A stretch of 64,000 nucleotides of DNA from the human T2T-CHM13v2.0 reference genome, Homo sapiens: the NCBI RefSeq assembly GCF_009914755.1, contig NC_060930.1. One strand, given 5' to 3'. The position numbers and the translations under genes were made by a program. This document shows, piece after piece, positions 19,140 through 32,947 of the stretch (its first letter is position 1; each line of letters starts with the position of its first letter). Below the pieces are notes generated by a model, which saw only the letters and a list, made by a program, of their open reading frames with translations, ran no database searches and was not told the origin of the DNA.

Positions 19140-19245
19140 GCTTCTCGTTTCTTATTTGTAAAATGGGTCTAATCTAAATAATTCCTCAGAGCATTCCTGT
19201 GAGAGATAAATTAGCTAATGCAGCAAAATTTTTGAAACAGTGTGT
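19140..19245 (+). mobile_element. MIR fragment
   Basis: GTTTCTTATTTGTAAAATGGG...TGTGAGAGATAAATTAGCTAATGC. Confidence 0.55.
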
Positions 19246-20406
19246 AGAATGGAAAGGAGTAGCCTCTGGAGAAGTATTTACATTTTACAGCGTCATTCAC
19301 GCCATTGCTCATACTCACGTGGGGGCACCTCTGCTGTCTGAAGATGCGCTTCTGAATTGTATTTCGTATGAGTAGCCTTCTTCCCAAAGCAATGAAAAGG
19401 TATTCTGGAGAAATCAGATTATTGAGCTAGTATAAGCAAAGGATTTTCGCGCCAGTCAGGAGAGGTAGACACAAAAGCTTACAGGCTGGTTCTGAGTCTC
19501 ACTGGCCATGGGCTTGTGCCGTGTGATGGGGAGGACGCCCATCCGTGTTTCTGAGAGCGAGTGAGATCCATTGTTAAGTACATAAGAACAATAAAACTGA
19601 GGAAACTGTGTTACAGAAATGCTGTATTAGAAGAAAAAGAAAGGTTTCTGAAATCTTCAGGCCTCCAAGGCTGAGCTACTGCAAACCTCCATACCCGTCT
19701 GCCTGTCCACCAACCTTCCAGCCTGAGTTTCCTCACTAAGCAGTGGTGTGGTCTCCTAAGGGCCTGAAGAATGAGACTTGCTCAGTCAGCAAAGTGGAGT
19801 CCCAGAGCTGCCTGCAAACACTTTTTCCAGAGTGAGATAGAAAATGCCAAGGTTTTCTGACTCAAGAATGCTAGCAGGATTTCTGGAGCTCTTTTCAGAA
19901 GCGCTGGTTCAGGGAATTTTCCACAAAGAGAAAAATAAAAGACTACAAAATAAAAACAGCCCAGAAGCTGCAGAAGAGAGAGGGACATGTAGGAGACAGG
20001 CTGCGCTGCTTCTGCCCACATCCAGCTAAGTCTGAAGGGGCTTCACGTGGCCAGGGACCCAGCCGCGCTGGCAAAGGTGGTCAGCACATCTGTGCAGCAC
20101 CTGGGCACAGCTGTTGACGTTCTTGTCCTCATAATGTCAGCCTCCTATTTAGGCTGTAGAAAAAAGCCACACTGCTTGTGAGAGCGCCCCATGAAACTGT
20201 TTGAATTAAACTTAAAAGGATCTTTGTCGACTTTGGTCAAGCACAAGACCTAACTCTCAACGGTGGTTTTACGTTTCTCCTGCGTCAAACACGTTTGCAG
20301 CCAAAGGTTTGTTAAATAAACTTCCAGCACCAGCTGCACCACAGAAAGGGTGAAGCTTCTCCTATAAAGTGTTAAAAGGCATTGTTTTTGTGTCCTTTTG
20401 GAATGA

Positions 20407-21031
<625 letters not shown>

Positions 21032-21599
21032 TAAAGCTCAGTAGTTTAACCTCCACCACAGGCTCTGCTTTGCAGACAATTTGGGTTCAAACAATCACCT
21101 TCTAAAATTGTTACAGGACCATGTCCAAAGTGAGAACACCAGTTCAGAGATACAAACACACATTAGATTTCTATGTTAGTTATGAGTCAATTGATTTTCT
21201 TAAATATAACTTTCTTCAAGATTATAATATATCTTACACTACCTTTTATTGAAAAAGTATTATTTCTAGGATACAGAAATGCTTAGAAATAATATTTCAT
21301 AATGAAACCAGAAGAAACAACTTTATTTTTGTAATCTGTATTTTATTAGGCTTGGCATTTCTTTGCATGTGAAGAAATGAGTATTTGGAATATATAAGTT
21401 GAATGCCAAGTGACTATTTCCTGCATTGAAGTAAGTGAATTATCCATTGTAACTCAACTGCTGTCTGTGGTTTATATTAAATACTAGGATATGTTTACCC
21501 AGCTGATTTTTATAACTACATAATTTTGAAATATCCACAGAAATACATCTAGCAACCAAAACATAGACCTGAATACCTTTTGTTATAACCAAGCCTGAG

Positions 21600-21880
21600 A
21601 CTGTCATTCCAGATGTGATTACAGTTCCTAGTCAGTTGACTTTAAGGACAGGGGATCACCTGGTGGGTCTGACTTCGTTAGTTTGAAGGTCTTGAAGCAG
21701 ACTGGGACTTCCCAGAGGAGGAGAAGAAATGCTGCTGGAGGACGACCCTTTGGCTAATGCCCATGGTATTCCCAGTGGATCAGGTTCTTCCCTCCTGCCA
21801 TCTTGTTCTACATGATTCCAACTTGCTTCACCAGCCCCAGCACTGTGTGAGTCAATTTCTTATAATAAATCTTGGCCTGT
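21600..21880 (+). mobile_element. Old MLT2-like (ERVL) LTR fragment
   Basis: TCAGTTGACTTTAAG, TTGAAGGTCTTGAAG, GTGAGTCAATTTCTTATAATAAATCT. Confidence 0.55.
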
Positions 21881-22274
21881 ACCTCTGTGGCTGAAGTGTG
21901 ACCAAGATGCCATTCATTTTGATCCAGTTCCACAAAGATGCATGAAGCATTGTGTGCCAGAGACTGAGGCTGGAGAGCCGAGTGAGTCATGGTCTTTGCC
22001 CTCAATGCACAAGGGACCAGCAGGAGAGACAAAATGAGACACGAGGCTGCACAGTGTGCTGAGAGCAGCATCTGAAGCAACTCACGGGTACAGGGGCACT
22101 GATTTTTTTGGGAGGGCCACAAGGGCCTGCTGAGGACAAGGACCAAAGAACATGGGGTGCTCATCCCACAGAACAGAAGCAAGGCAGGGTTGCAAGCAGG
22201 GCAGGAACAGCATTCCTGCCACTGACTGAGATCTCTAGTGTATGCAGCAGCTAAGAAAAGGCTAGAGCCATGCA

Positions 22275-22591
22275 GACAAGAGTGAAATGGCGAGCGCCAG
22301 GGCAGGGGAGTGGCGGAATGAGGGGTCGAGGTTTAAGGGCATGGATCGCAGTTATGTGGGATCAATTAGTCTAGAGGACCAGTGTGCAGTGTGGGAACTG
22401 TAGCTTATAATACCGCCTCATAGATGGGATATTTGCTGAGAGAGTAGATTTTAGGTGCTCTTATCACACAAAAAACTTGCCATGGGAGGGGATGGCTGCA
22501 TTATTTGGCTGGCTGTAGTGATCGCTGGGCTGTGAACATGTATCTCAAAGTGTCATGTTGTGCACCGCAATTAAACAGAATAAAAATAAAA
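22275..22591 (+). mobile_element. L1MA-type 3' end fragment
   Basis: ATTTGCTGAGAGAGTAGATTTTAGGTGCTCTTATCACACAAAAAA...TCATGTTGTGCACC, followed by an A-rich tail. Confidence 0.75.
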
Positions 22592-22982
22592 TTTCAGAAT
22601 GAGAAAATAACAACCAATTACTCAATAATGTTGGAGGTGAAATAGGAGGAGGGATGACAAGGACAGTGTTCTCTGGGGGCTCAGGGTGTGATGGGCACTG
22701 ATTTGGGCAACCATGGGATGTGCCTCCTGTTAGGTCCCATGCGTCTGCACCCTGCAGAGCATGGGCCTGGGCAGGGCTGTTTGCCATTGTGGAAGGGCAG
22801 ATCCCACGGGGAGAGGAAGGTTCTTATCTCCCTGCCCTGCAGACCCCAAGACAAGGCAGTTTGGAGGGAGCAGTTGCGGGGGACGAGATAAATGGCACTA
22901 AAGGAGTTGTAGAGGAGAAATGTGTCGTTTCCAAGGTGCTCCGATCAGAAAAAAAGGTTGTTATTTAAAGAAGAGAAATGTT

Positions 22983-23273
22983 GCTGGGTGCAGTGGCTCA
23001 CGTCTGTAATCTCAGCACTCTGGGAGGCTGAGGGGGGAGGATCACTTGAGGTCAGGAGTTCAAGACCAGCCTGTCCAACATGGTGAAACCTCTCCTCTAC
23101 TAAAAGTACAAAAAATTAGCCAGGCATGGTGGCGGGTGCCTGTAATCCCAGCTACTCGGGAGGCAGACGTTGCTGTGAGCCAAGATCACGCCACTGCACT
23201 CCATCCTAGTGACAGAACTAGAATCCATCACACACACACACACATGCACACACACACACACACACAGAGACAG
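22983..23273 (+). mobile_element. Alu (AluS-type) with 32-bp right-arm deletion and (CA)n tail
   Basis: TSD AGAAGAGAAATGTT(G) at 22969 and 23274; (CA)n at 23229-23266. Confidence 0.93.
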
Positions 23274-24898
23274 AGAAGAGAAATGTTGATGAGTGAATGT
23301 GTGTTTTCTCACTGTGTGATGGGCAGCCTCTTCTTCTGCCCCTTGCTTTCCCATGAAGTATATTTTAGATATATATATATATATATCTTATATGAGAGAC
23401 TTTTAAAAAATGTAACCTGTAAAGTAGGCAGAAAGGATGGAGGAAGTAGTGCTATTGGTTCATGATTGGATTCATTTGAAAAGACAAAAGCCTGAAAACA
23501 CAGAACAAACAAAGGACACAGCACAAAGACACAGAAGCCCCCAGAGGCAGAGGTCACTGAGAGGTGATTCTCCTCCCCACGCGGAGCCACCCAGATAAAC
23601 TGCGAGGGCTGTAGGGCCCGGCACAGCGGGCGTTGGGAGCCACCTCACCTCAAGTCGCCTATGCACCTGAACAGGTGCGCTCTTTTCTTCTGTGAGCACA
23701 GAGGCCTCGCTTCCAAGGGAGGAGCCTCAGGACAATTATTCCTCAGGTGTGGCTGGAGGGCAAAAAAGTGTGTTATTTTTCTTGATTAAACAGAACAACA
23801 TGAATTCTATTTTTTTAAATGTGTATTTTGGTCAGTCTTCCTGTCCAATCCAAGCTGTGAAATTTAAATATTAAAAACAGCAACAACAAGAACAGTCAAA
23901 GCCTTCCCATCTCACTGCACGACTTTATCATACAGTGGGCTGAGTCTAACTGGAAAGGCAAGAACCCCGGCGCGAATTCGCCGGGACCCGAAGCGAAGTT
24001 CCTCCCTCATTCTGCTGAGCAGAGACCAAGGCTGCCTTCACGTTTTTAACTAAATTCACATAATTTTGAATTCAAACTCAGTATGTTAAGAAGAAAGCTA
24101 CTTATAATTACATATGATTTTGTGTTTTACACAGATGTCATAAGGTTTCCATTTACAGTTTTGAAACTTGCTTCCTCTCTTAATCCCCGCCCAGCCTAGG
24201 GTTCCTGAGATCACGGTGTGGCAGCGGCCCCGCCACCCCAGGACAGCTCCTCCCTTGTGCAACCCCAACACAGCAGCAGCCACACCTCCCGTTGTCAACC
24301 AGCGTCTTCCATCACTCAGAGTCTCAAATGCTGATAATCGTAGTTTTCCAAGGAATTATTAGCTAACGTTTTGGACACATTAATTTCTCTGAAACTTTCT
24401 TCAGGAGGTTTCGTATACACGGCAATTTTAATCCATTAGAGAAATAAATGATGGCATAACAAAATATTCAGTATGGGATCTCAGTAATTATAAAGTCTAT
24501 TTAAAGTGTTCCACGAGCTTTTATTTAAGTCATTTTGGGCTTTTTTTCCCCCATTCTTTGGGAAACACATGTGCACTCTCTGAATATACAGGATAATGGT
24601 ATTTATTTACCACTCCACTCCCACTTTTCATTTTTTGTATAAAGCTTACACACCTAGAACTTTAAATTTTTTTCATCTAATTATACAACAAATATATTTA
24701 TTTAAAAATTTGATAACTTATACATTTTGCAATGCCCCATAATCAGAACACACAGTGATAACCAGTGTTAGCATGTTAATACATGCACTTGTATATGGAT
24801 TTCTCAATTCCTGCAAATATTGTTTAAATGAATCATGTGGTGGATTTTTAACTTATTTGTTTTGAAAATACAGATACTTACTAAAGCCTAAAACATAA

Positions 24899-25299
<401 letters not shown>

Positions 25300-28075
25300 C
25301 CACATCAGGTTACTTCTAGCCTTATTTTAATGTTAATAATAAGTTTCTTGCCTTTCTCTGCAATTTTACCCCAAGGATATGAGTCTTTTACCACTGATTC
25401 AGTTTTTGTTTTGCTTTGTTTTTGCAGTCTACACAAACAAAGTTTTAACATATGTCAAAATTTACACATTTGCTGCTTTTAAATATCTTTAATGTTATCA
25501 ATAGAACAAATTAATTAATTTTATCTTCTTAGAGCTGGCAAAAAAGTACATAAATTTTAAAAATTGTCTTTATAGTCAGCAAGATTACTTTTCTTCTTTT
25601 TAATATACACTTTTTAGGTATCAATATATTAGAAATACTTTCTGTGTCACAAAATATTAGTCTAAGACCTCATAATTCAAACATAACTTATGTAACCAAC
25701 AACCTACTGGAGAAATGCTAGCTTCTTTCTAATAATTATGCAATTTCAGAGGATAATTTCATTGAATTATAATTGTTGTGTTATTAGCTTTTGTTATGTA
25801 TCCATCTCAAAAGTTATACTTCCAGCAGTTGTGTATCCAAGAATCAATTTTCCATTATTCTCTAAATATATAATAATATTGTTTCTAGTTTTTATGTTGA
25901 TGTATTGATTTGTGAGTAATAGTAGGTCACTATTTTAATGAGTGTTTTTATTTTAAATTTATATTAATTTTTGGACAGTTATATTTTATATTTGATGAAT
26001 TGTTCTCAAATTTATTTAACATTCAACTTTTTAATTTTTTTATTTTCAGAAGGTTTGGATATTTATGCAATTAAACCTATTTTACCATAACCACTATTAT
26101 TTATGCCATGTCTTGCCTTAATAAATGATTATATAAATATCAACTTATCTTTCCTTCTTGTAGCTTTATATGATTTAATTTTTATAATAGGCTCTTAGAT
26201 CATTTGAAATGCAGTCATGTTTAGTGTCACTTTAAATTTTGCCCAGAATTTGATTGTTTTTCAAGAATAATTCAGTCTTTCTCCATCCTTTTTTAACTTT
26301 TTTTCTTTTTTGTTAAATATCTTTAGTGAGATATCACTGACACGTAAAAATGTGCATGTATTTGAGGTGTACATCTTGATGTCTTGTTATGCATATACAT
26401 TGTGAAATTATCAGCAAGATTAAACTAATTGGCATAACTATTACCTCTATGTAGTTATTATGTCTGTGTCTGTGTGTGTTCGTGTGTGGTGAGAAGATTT
26501 TCTTTAAGAGCTATCCTCTTAGCAAATTTTGAGTATGCAACAAAGTATTGTTGAATATTATCACCTTGTTGTACATTAGATCTCCAGAATTTATTCCTCC
26601 TGTCTAACTGAAACTTTGAAAAATTTGGCCATAATCTCCCCGTTTCCTCCTACCCCAGCCCCTGGCAACTACCATCCTACTCTCTGCTTCCTTGAGTTTG
26701 ACTACTGTAGATTCCACATATCAGTAGGATTATGCAGTATTTCTCTTACTGTGTCTTGTTTATTTTGCTTGGCACAATGTCCTCCAGCCCCATCATTGCC
26801 TTTATCCATTTATCCATCATAATGGCCATTCTAATTTGCATTCCCACCAATAGTGTGCAAGAGTTTCCTCTTCTCCACATCCTGTCCAACACTTATCTTT
26901 TGGATAATAGCCATTCTAGCAGGTGTTCACTGACACCTTATTGTGGTTTTCATTTGCATTTCCCTGATGATTGGTAATTTTGATCATTTTTCGTATTCCT
27001 GCCAGCTATTTGTATGTCTTCTTTTGACAAATGCCTATTGAGGTCTTTTGCTCACTTTGTAATTTAGTTATTTGCTTTCTTGCTATTGAGTTGTTTGAGT
27101 TCCTTAGGGTATCAACTCCTTATCAGATACATGGTTTATAAATACTTCCTCCCAGTTTGTAGGTTGCCTCTTCCTTTGTTGATTGTTTACTTTACTGTAC
27201 GGAAGCTTTTCATTTTGATGCAAGTTCATTTGTCTATTTTTACTTTTGTTACCTGTGCCTTTGGGATCATATCAAAAAAATCAGTGTCTAGACCAATGTC
27301 ATGGAGATTTTCCCCTATGTTTCTTCTAGTAGTTTTACAGGTTCAGGTCTTACACTTAAGTCTTTATTTTGTTTGGAGTTAATTTTGACTATGGCATAAA
27401 ATAGAGATTTTGATTTTCTTGTTTCGTGAAGTGTGACATAATGTTGTTGATTTAAGATAGTTCCCCTGTTTAGATGTAGGTGCTTATCACTGTGAACTTG
27501 CCTCTTAGAACTGCTTTGCTGCATCCAGTAAGTTTTGTTATATTGTGCTTCTATTTTCATTTGTCTAAACGTATTTTTAAATTTTCCATTTTATTTTTTT
27601 AACCAGTTGGTTATTTACCAACATGTTGTTTAATATTCACATTTGTAAATTTTTAAAAATTCTATTACTGATTGCTAGTTCTGTGCCATTGTGGTGAGAA
27701 AAGATACTTAATATGATCTCAGTCTTTTAAAATATGTTAAGACTTGTTTGTCAAATAATATATCCTGGAGAATGTTTTATGTGTGCCTGAGAAGAAAGTA
27801 TATTCTGCTGCTGCTGGGTAGAAGTTTTTGTATATGTCTGTCTGGCTCATTTGGTCTAAAGTGTAGTTTACATCAATCAATAAGTAAATGTTTTCTTATT
27901 GATTTTCTGTCTACATAATGTAACCTTTGTTGAAAAAGTGTTATTGAAGTTCCCTCCTATAATTTTGTTTTAGTCTCTCTCTCTCTTTTCTGATACATTA
28001 AGATTTGCTTTCTATATTTGGGTGCTCTGATATTGGGTACATACATATTTATAATTATTATACTTCCTTACTATA

Positions 28076-30400
28076 CAGACATACCTTAAAGATATTGCGG
28101 GTTTGATTTCAGACCACCACAATGAAGCAAATATTGCAATAAAGTGAGTTGCAGAATTTTTTTTTACTTCCCAGTACATATAAAACTTATTTTACATTAT
28201 ACTGTAGTATATTAGGTTTACAATGATTTATGTCCAAAAATATATAAATATCTTAATTAAAAATACTTTATTGGTTATAAATACTAACAATCATCTGAGC
28301 CTTCAGTGAGTCATAATGTTTTTGCTGGTAGAGAGTCTTGCCTCACTGTTGATGGCTGCTGACTGATTAGGGTGGTGGTTCCTGAAGGTTGAGGAGGCTG
28401 TGGCCATTTCATAAAATAAGATGACAATAAAGTTATTCACACGGAATGACTTCTCACAAAAGATTTATCTGTAATGTGTGACACCATTTAATAGCATTTT
28501 ATCCATAGTACAACTTCTTCCAAATTGGAGTCAATCCTCTCTAACCTTTTTACTGCTTTATCAACTAAGTTTGTGTAATATTCCACATTTTCGCTGTTAT
28601 TTCAGCAATGTTCACAGCATCTCCTAGATTCCATCTCAATAACGCATATTTTTGTTGCTCATTCATAAGAAACAACTCCTTTTCTGTTAAAATTTTATCA
28701 TGAGATGACAGCAACTTAGTTAGTCACGACTTCAGGTTCGATGTCTAATTCTAGCTATTTCCACCACATCTGCAGCCAGTTCCTCCCTCAAGGTCTTCCG
28801 GGAGGGTTGGAATCCACTTCTTCCAAACTCCTGATCTTGTTGATATTTTGATCTCCTCTCCTTGAGCGTGAATATTCTTAATGGCGTCAAGAGTGTTAAA
28901 TTATTTCCAGGTTTTCAATATACTTTGCCCAAGGCCCCCAGAGAAATCACTCTCTATGGCAGCTATAAGCTTATGAAATGTATTTTTTTTAATAATAAGG
29001 CTTGAAGGTCAAATTTATTTCTTGACCTATGGGCTGCACAATGGATGTTGCGTTAGTAAGCATGAAAATAACATTCATCTCCTTATACATCTCCAGCAGA
29101 GCTCTTGGGTGACCAGGTGCACTGACAAAGAGCAGTAATATTTTGAAAGGGATTTTTTTTCTGAGCAGTAGGTCTGAATAGTGGGCTTAAAACATTCAGT
29201 AAACCATGCTGTAAACAGATGTGCTGTCATTAAGGCTTTGTCGTTTCATTTATAAGGGACAGGCAGAGTCTGTTTGGCATAATTAAGTGTCCCATGATTT
29301 TCAGAATGAAAAATGAGCATTGTCTTGACGTTAAAGTCACCTGCTGCATTAACCCCTAACAAGAGAATTAGACTGCCCTTTGGTGATTTGAAGCCAGGCG
29401 TTGACTTCTTTTCTCTAGCTATGAAAGTCCTAGATGGCATCCTCTTGCAGTATAAGGCTGTTTTGTCTACATTGAACACCTGTTGTTTGGCGTAGCTACT
29501 TTTACCAATTATCTTAGCTAGATCTTCTGGATAACTTACCGCAGCTTGTACATGAGCACTTTCTGCTTCACCTTGCACTTTTATGTTATGAAGATGACAT
29601 CTTTTCTTAAATCCCATGAACCAGTCTCTGCTGGCTTCTAATTTTCTTCTGCAGCTTCCTCACCTCTCTCAGCCTTCACTGATTTGGAGAATTGAGGGCC
29701 TGGATCTGTATGTGGCTTTGGCTCAAGGGAATGTTGTAGCTGTTTTGTTCTTCTATCCAGATCACTAAAACTTTCTCCATACCAGCAGCAAGGCTGCCTC
29801 ACCTTCTTACCATTCACGTGTTCCAGAAGCAGCACTTTTTAATATTCTTTGAATTCACAACTTGGCTGTTTGGTAGGAGAGGCCTAGCTTTCTGCCTAGC
29901 TCAGTTTTTGACATACCTTCCTCACTAAGCTGAGTCATTTCTAGCTTTTGATTTAAACTGACAAATGTACGACTCTTCCTTTTACTTGAAAACTTAGAGG
30001 CCATTATAGGGTTATTAACTGGCCTAATGTCAATGTTATTGTTTCTTAGAGAATAGGGACCTGAGGAGATGGAAAGAGATACAGGAATGTCCATTTGATC
30101 AAAACACACATATGTTGTCATATGGGCATGATTTGTGATGCCCCAAAACAATTACAACATTAACACTGAAAATCATTGATTATAGATCATAATAACAGAT
30201 ACAATAATAATGACAAAATTTAAAATATTTCTAGAAATAACAAAATGTGACACAGAGACATGAATTAAGCATGTGCTTTCTGGAAAAATGGCACTGATAA
30301 ACTTGCTTAATGCAGGGTTACCACAAACTTTCAATTTGTAAAACAATGCAATATCTGTGGAGTGCAGGAAAGTGAAGTGCAAGAAAATGAATTATGCCAG
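28076..30400 (-). mobile_element. Tigger1 DNA transposon, near full length, transposase pseudogene
   Basis: Termini TA|CAGACATACCT and TTATGCCAG. Minus-strand fragments MASKFSSKRKSRTFVSLNQKLEMTQLSEEGMSK (ATG at 30004), [11 protein letters not shown] and [11 protein letters not shown]...[18 protein letters not shown] match the pogo-family Tigger1 transposase; frameshifted. Confidence 0.96.
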
Positions 30401-31158
30401 TTTACCCCCTTTCTTTGCCTCTTTTTTTACAATTTTGCATTTAATGTCTACTTTATCTGATGTAAGTATTGCTACCCCTGCTCTCCTTCAGTTTCCAATT
30501 GTATGAAATACCTTTTTCCATTTCTTCACTTTCTATTTGTGTTATTACCAGGGAAGTGAGTCTCTTGTAGGAAGCCTTTAGTTGGGTCTTTAAAAAAAAT
30601 TCCATTCATCTATCCTATATATTTTTATTGTATAATTTAATCTATTTATATTCAAAGTAATTATTGATAGGTGAGGACTGGCTAATGCCATTTGTAATTT
30701 ATTTTCTGGTTGTTTTTTCTGTAGATTCTTTGTTCCTTCCTCTCTTGCTGTGTTATTTTCTGATGAGATCATTTTTTTCTAGTGGTATGCATTAATTGCT
30801 TGCTTTTTAGCTTCTCTGTATGTACATGGATTTTTGCTTTGTGTTTACCAAGAAGCTTATATAAAACATCTGATAGTTATAACAGACAATTATAAGCCAT
30901 AACTTAACTTTGATCGCATTTTTAAAATTTAACTTCTATTCATTCCCTTCCACATTGTATGTCTTTGATGTCACCATTTCTATCTTTTTATATTGTGTGT
31001 ATCTTAAAAAATAATTATAGCTGTGATTATTTTAATTGTCTTTTAATCTGTATACTAAAAATTGAAATGGCTTACACACCACCATTACATTATTAGAATA
31101 TTCTGAATTTGACAGTGCACTTACTTTTGTCACTGAGTGTTTGTCTCTCATATGTCTT

Positions 31159-31191
31159 CACTTGATCTTAGCCAAAAGGCTGAGAAGTGAT
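31159..31191 (-). pseudogene. U2 snRNA retropseudogene (nt 1-33, 3'-truncated, no poly(A))
   Basis: Reverse complement ATCACTTCTCAGCCTTTTGGCTAAGATCAAGTG versus U2 ATCGCTTCTCGGCCTTTTGGCTAAGATCAAGTG: 31/33, both mismatches are CpG transitions. Degenerate TSD on both sides. Confidence 0.93.
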
Positions 31192-31960
31192 TTCTCAAAT
31201 GTTTCCATTTTATCAATTAGTATCTTTTTCTTTCAGCTTGAAGAACTTCCTTTAGCCTTTCTTAGAAGGCAGATCTATTGATAATAAGATTTCTCAACTC
31301 TTTTTTGCTGTTTTTCTGGGAAAGTCTTTCTCCTTTATTTCTGCAGTGTAGCTTTGCCAGCCAAAGTATTCTTGGTTGGCAGATTTTTTTCCTTGAGCAC
31401 GTTGAATATATTATCTCAGTTTCTCCTGGCCTCTAAAGTTTCTGTTGAGAAAGTCATAGCAAACCTTATTGAAACTTCCTTATATGTGATATATTTCTTT
31501 CTCTTGCTGCTTTTAGAATCTTTTCTTTGTCATTTATTTTTGACAGTTTGATTTTATGTCCTAGTGTAGTCCTGCTTGGATTGTATCTGAAGACCTTTGA
31601 TCTTCCTATACCTGAATATTTATGTTTCCCAGATGTGGGAAGTTTTAAGCTATTCTTTCTTTAACTAAAGTTTCTGTCCCTTTCCCTCTTTTCTTTTTTA
31701 ATTCATATAATTCAGATATTTTCTGTCTTGATTCTATTCTATAATTTCTGCAATCTTTCTTAATTCCTATTCATTCTTTTTTCCTTCTGACTGCATATTT
31801 TCAAATAACTTGTCTTCAAGTTCACAAAATTTTTCTTCTCCTTGATCACTTCTACTGTTGATGTTCATTGCATTTTTTCATTGCATTCATTGTATTATTC
31901 AGCTCCAAAATTTTTACATTTTTTATGATTCAAATATCTCTGTTAAATATCTTGCTTTGT

Positions 31961-32947
31961 AAAAATTAAAAAGTGGGACCTAATTAAGCTTAAGAACATC
32001 TGTTCAGCCTAGGAAACTCTCAATAGAGTAAATAGTGGCTGACCCATAGAATGGGAGGAAATATTTGCAAACTATGAATTCAACAAAGGTCTAATATCCA
32101 GAATCTATAAGAAACTTAAACAGATCAAAAAGCATAAAACAAGTAACTCCATTTAAAAATTCACAAAGGACATGACCAGACACTTCTCAAATGAAGACAT
32201 ACCAGCAGCCAACAAACATGAAAAAAATTATCATTATTACTAATGATCAGAAAAATGCAAATAAAAACCACAATGAGATATCATCTCACACCAGTCAGAA
32301 TTGTTATTATTAAAAAGTCAAAAAAACAGATGCTGGCAAGGCTGTGGGGAACAGGTAACAGTTATACACTATTGTTGGGAATGTAAATTAGCTCAGCCAC
32401 TGTGGAAAGCAGTTTGGAGATTTCTCAAGGAACTGAAAGCTACCATCAGACCCAGCAATTCCATAATGGGCATATACCCAAAGGAAACTAGATGATTATA
32501 ACAAAAAGACACATGCACTTACATGTTTATCACCACACTCTTCTCAGTAGCAGAGACATGGAATCAACCTAGGTGCCTATCAAGGTAGACTGGCTAAAGA
32601 AAATGTGGTACATATATACCATAGGATACTATGCAGCCATACAGAGAATGAAATCATGTCCTTTGCAGCAACATGGGTGGAGCTGGAGGCCATAATCCTA
32701 AACAAATCAACACAGGAACAAAAATCCCAAAACTGCATTCTCTCAGAAGAGGGAGTTAAACAATAAGCACCCATGGATATGAACATGGCAAAAACAGACA
32801 CTGCAAACTACTGGATGGGGGAGAGAGGGAGGTGGAAGAGGTTAAAAAACTACCTGTTAGGTACCATGCTCACTACCTAGGTGTAATACACCCATGTAAC
32901 AAACCTGCACATGCACCCCCTGTATCTAAAATAAAAGTTGAAAAAAT
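31961..32947 (+). mobile_element. 5'-truncated L1 (L1PA15-17-like) nested in the older antisense L1
   Basis: ORF 32301..32495 NRCWQGCGEQVTVIHYCWECKLAQPLWK; 3' end CATGTAACAAACCTGCACATGCACCCCCTGTATCTAAAATAAAAGTTGAAAAAA. Confidence 0.9.

Noticed and set aside
29246-30151. TIGD1-like domesticated transposase gene
   Set aside because: Multiple frameshifts and stops, retained terminal repeats, and nested in an L1: an ordinary Tigger1 fossil.
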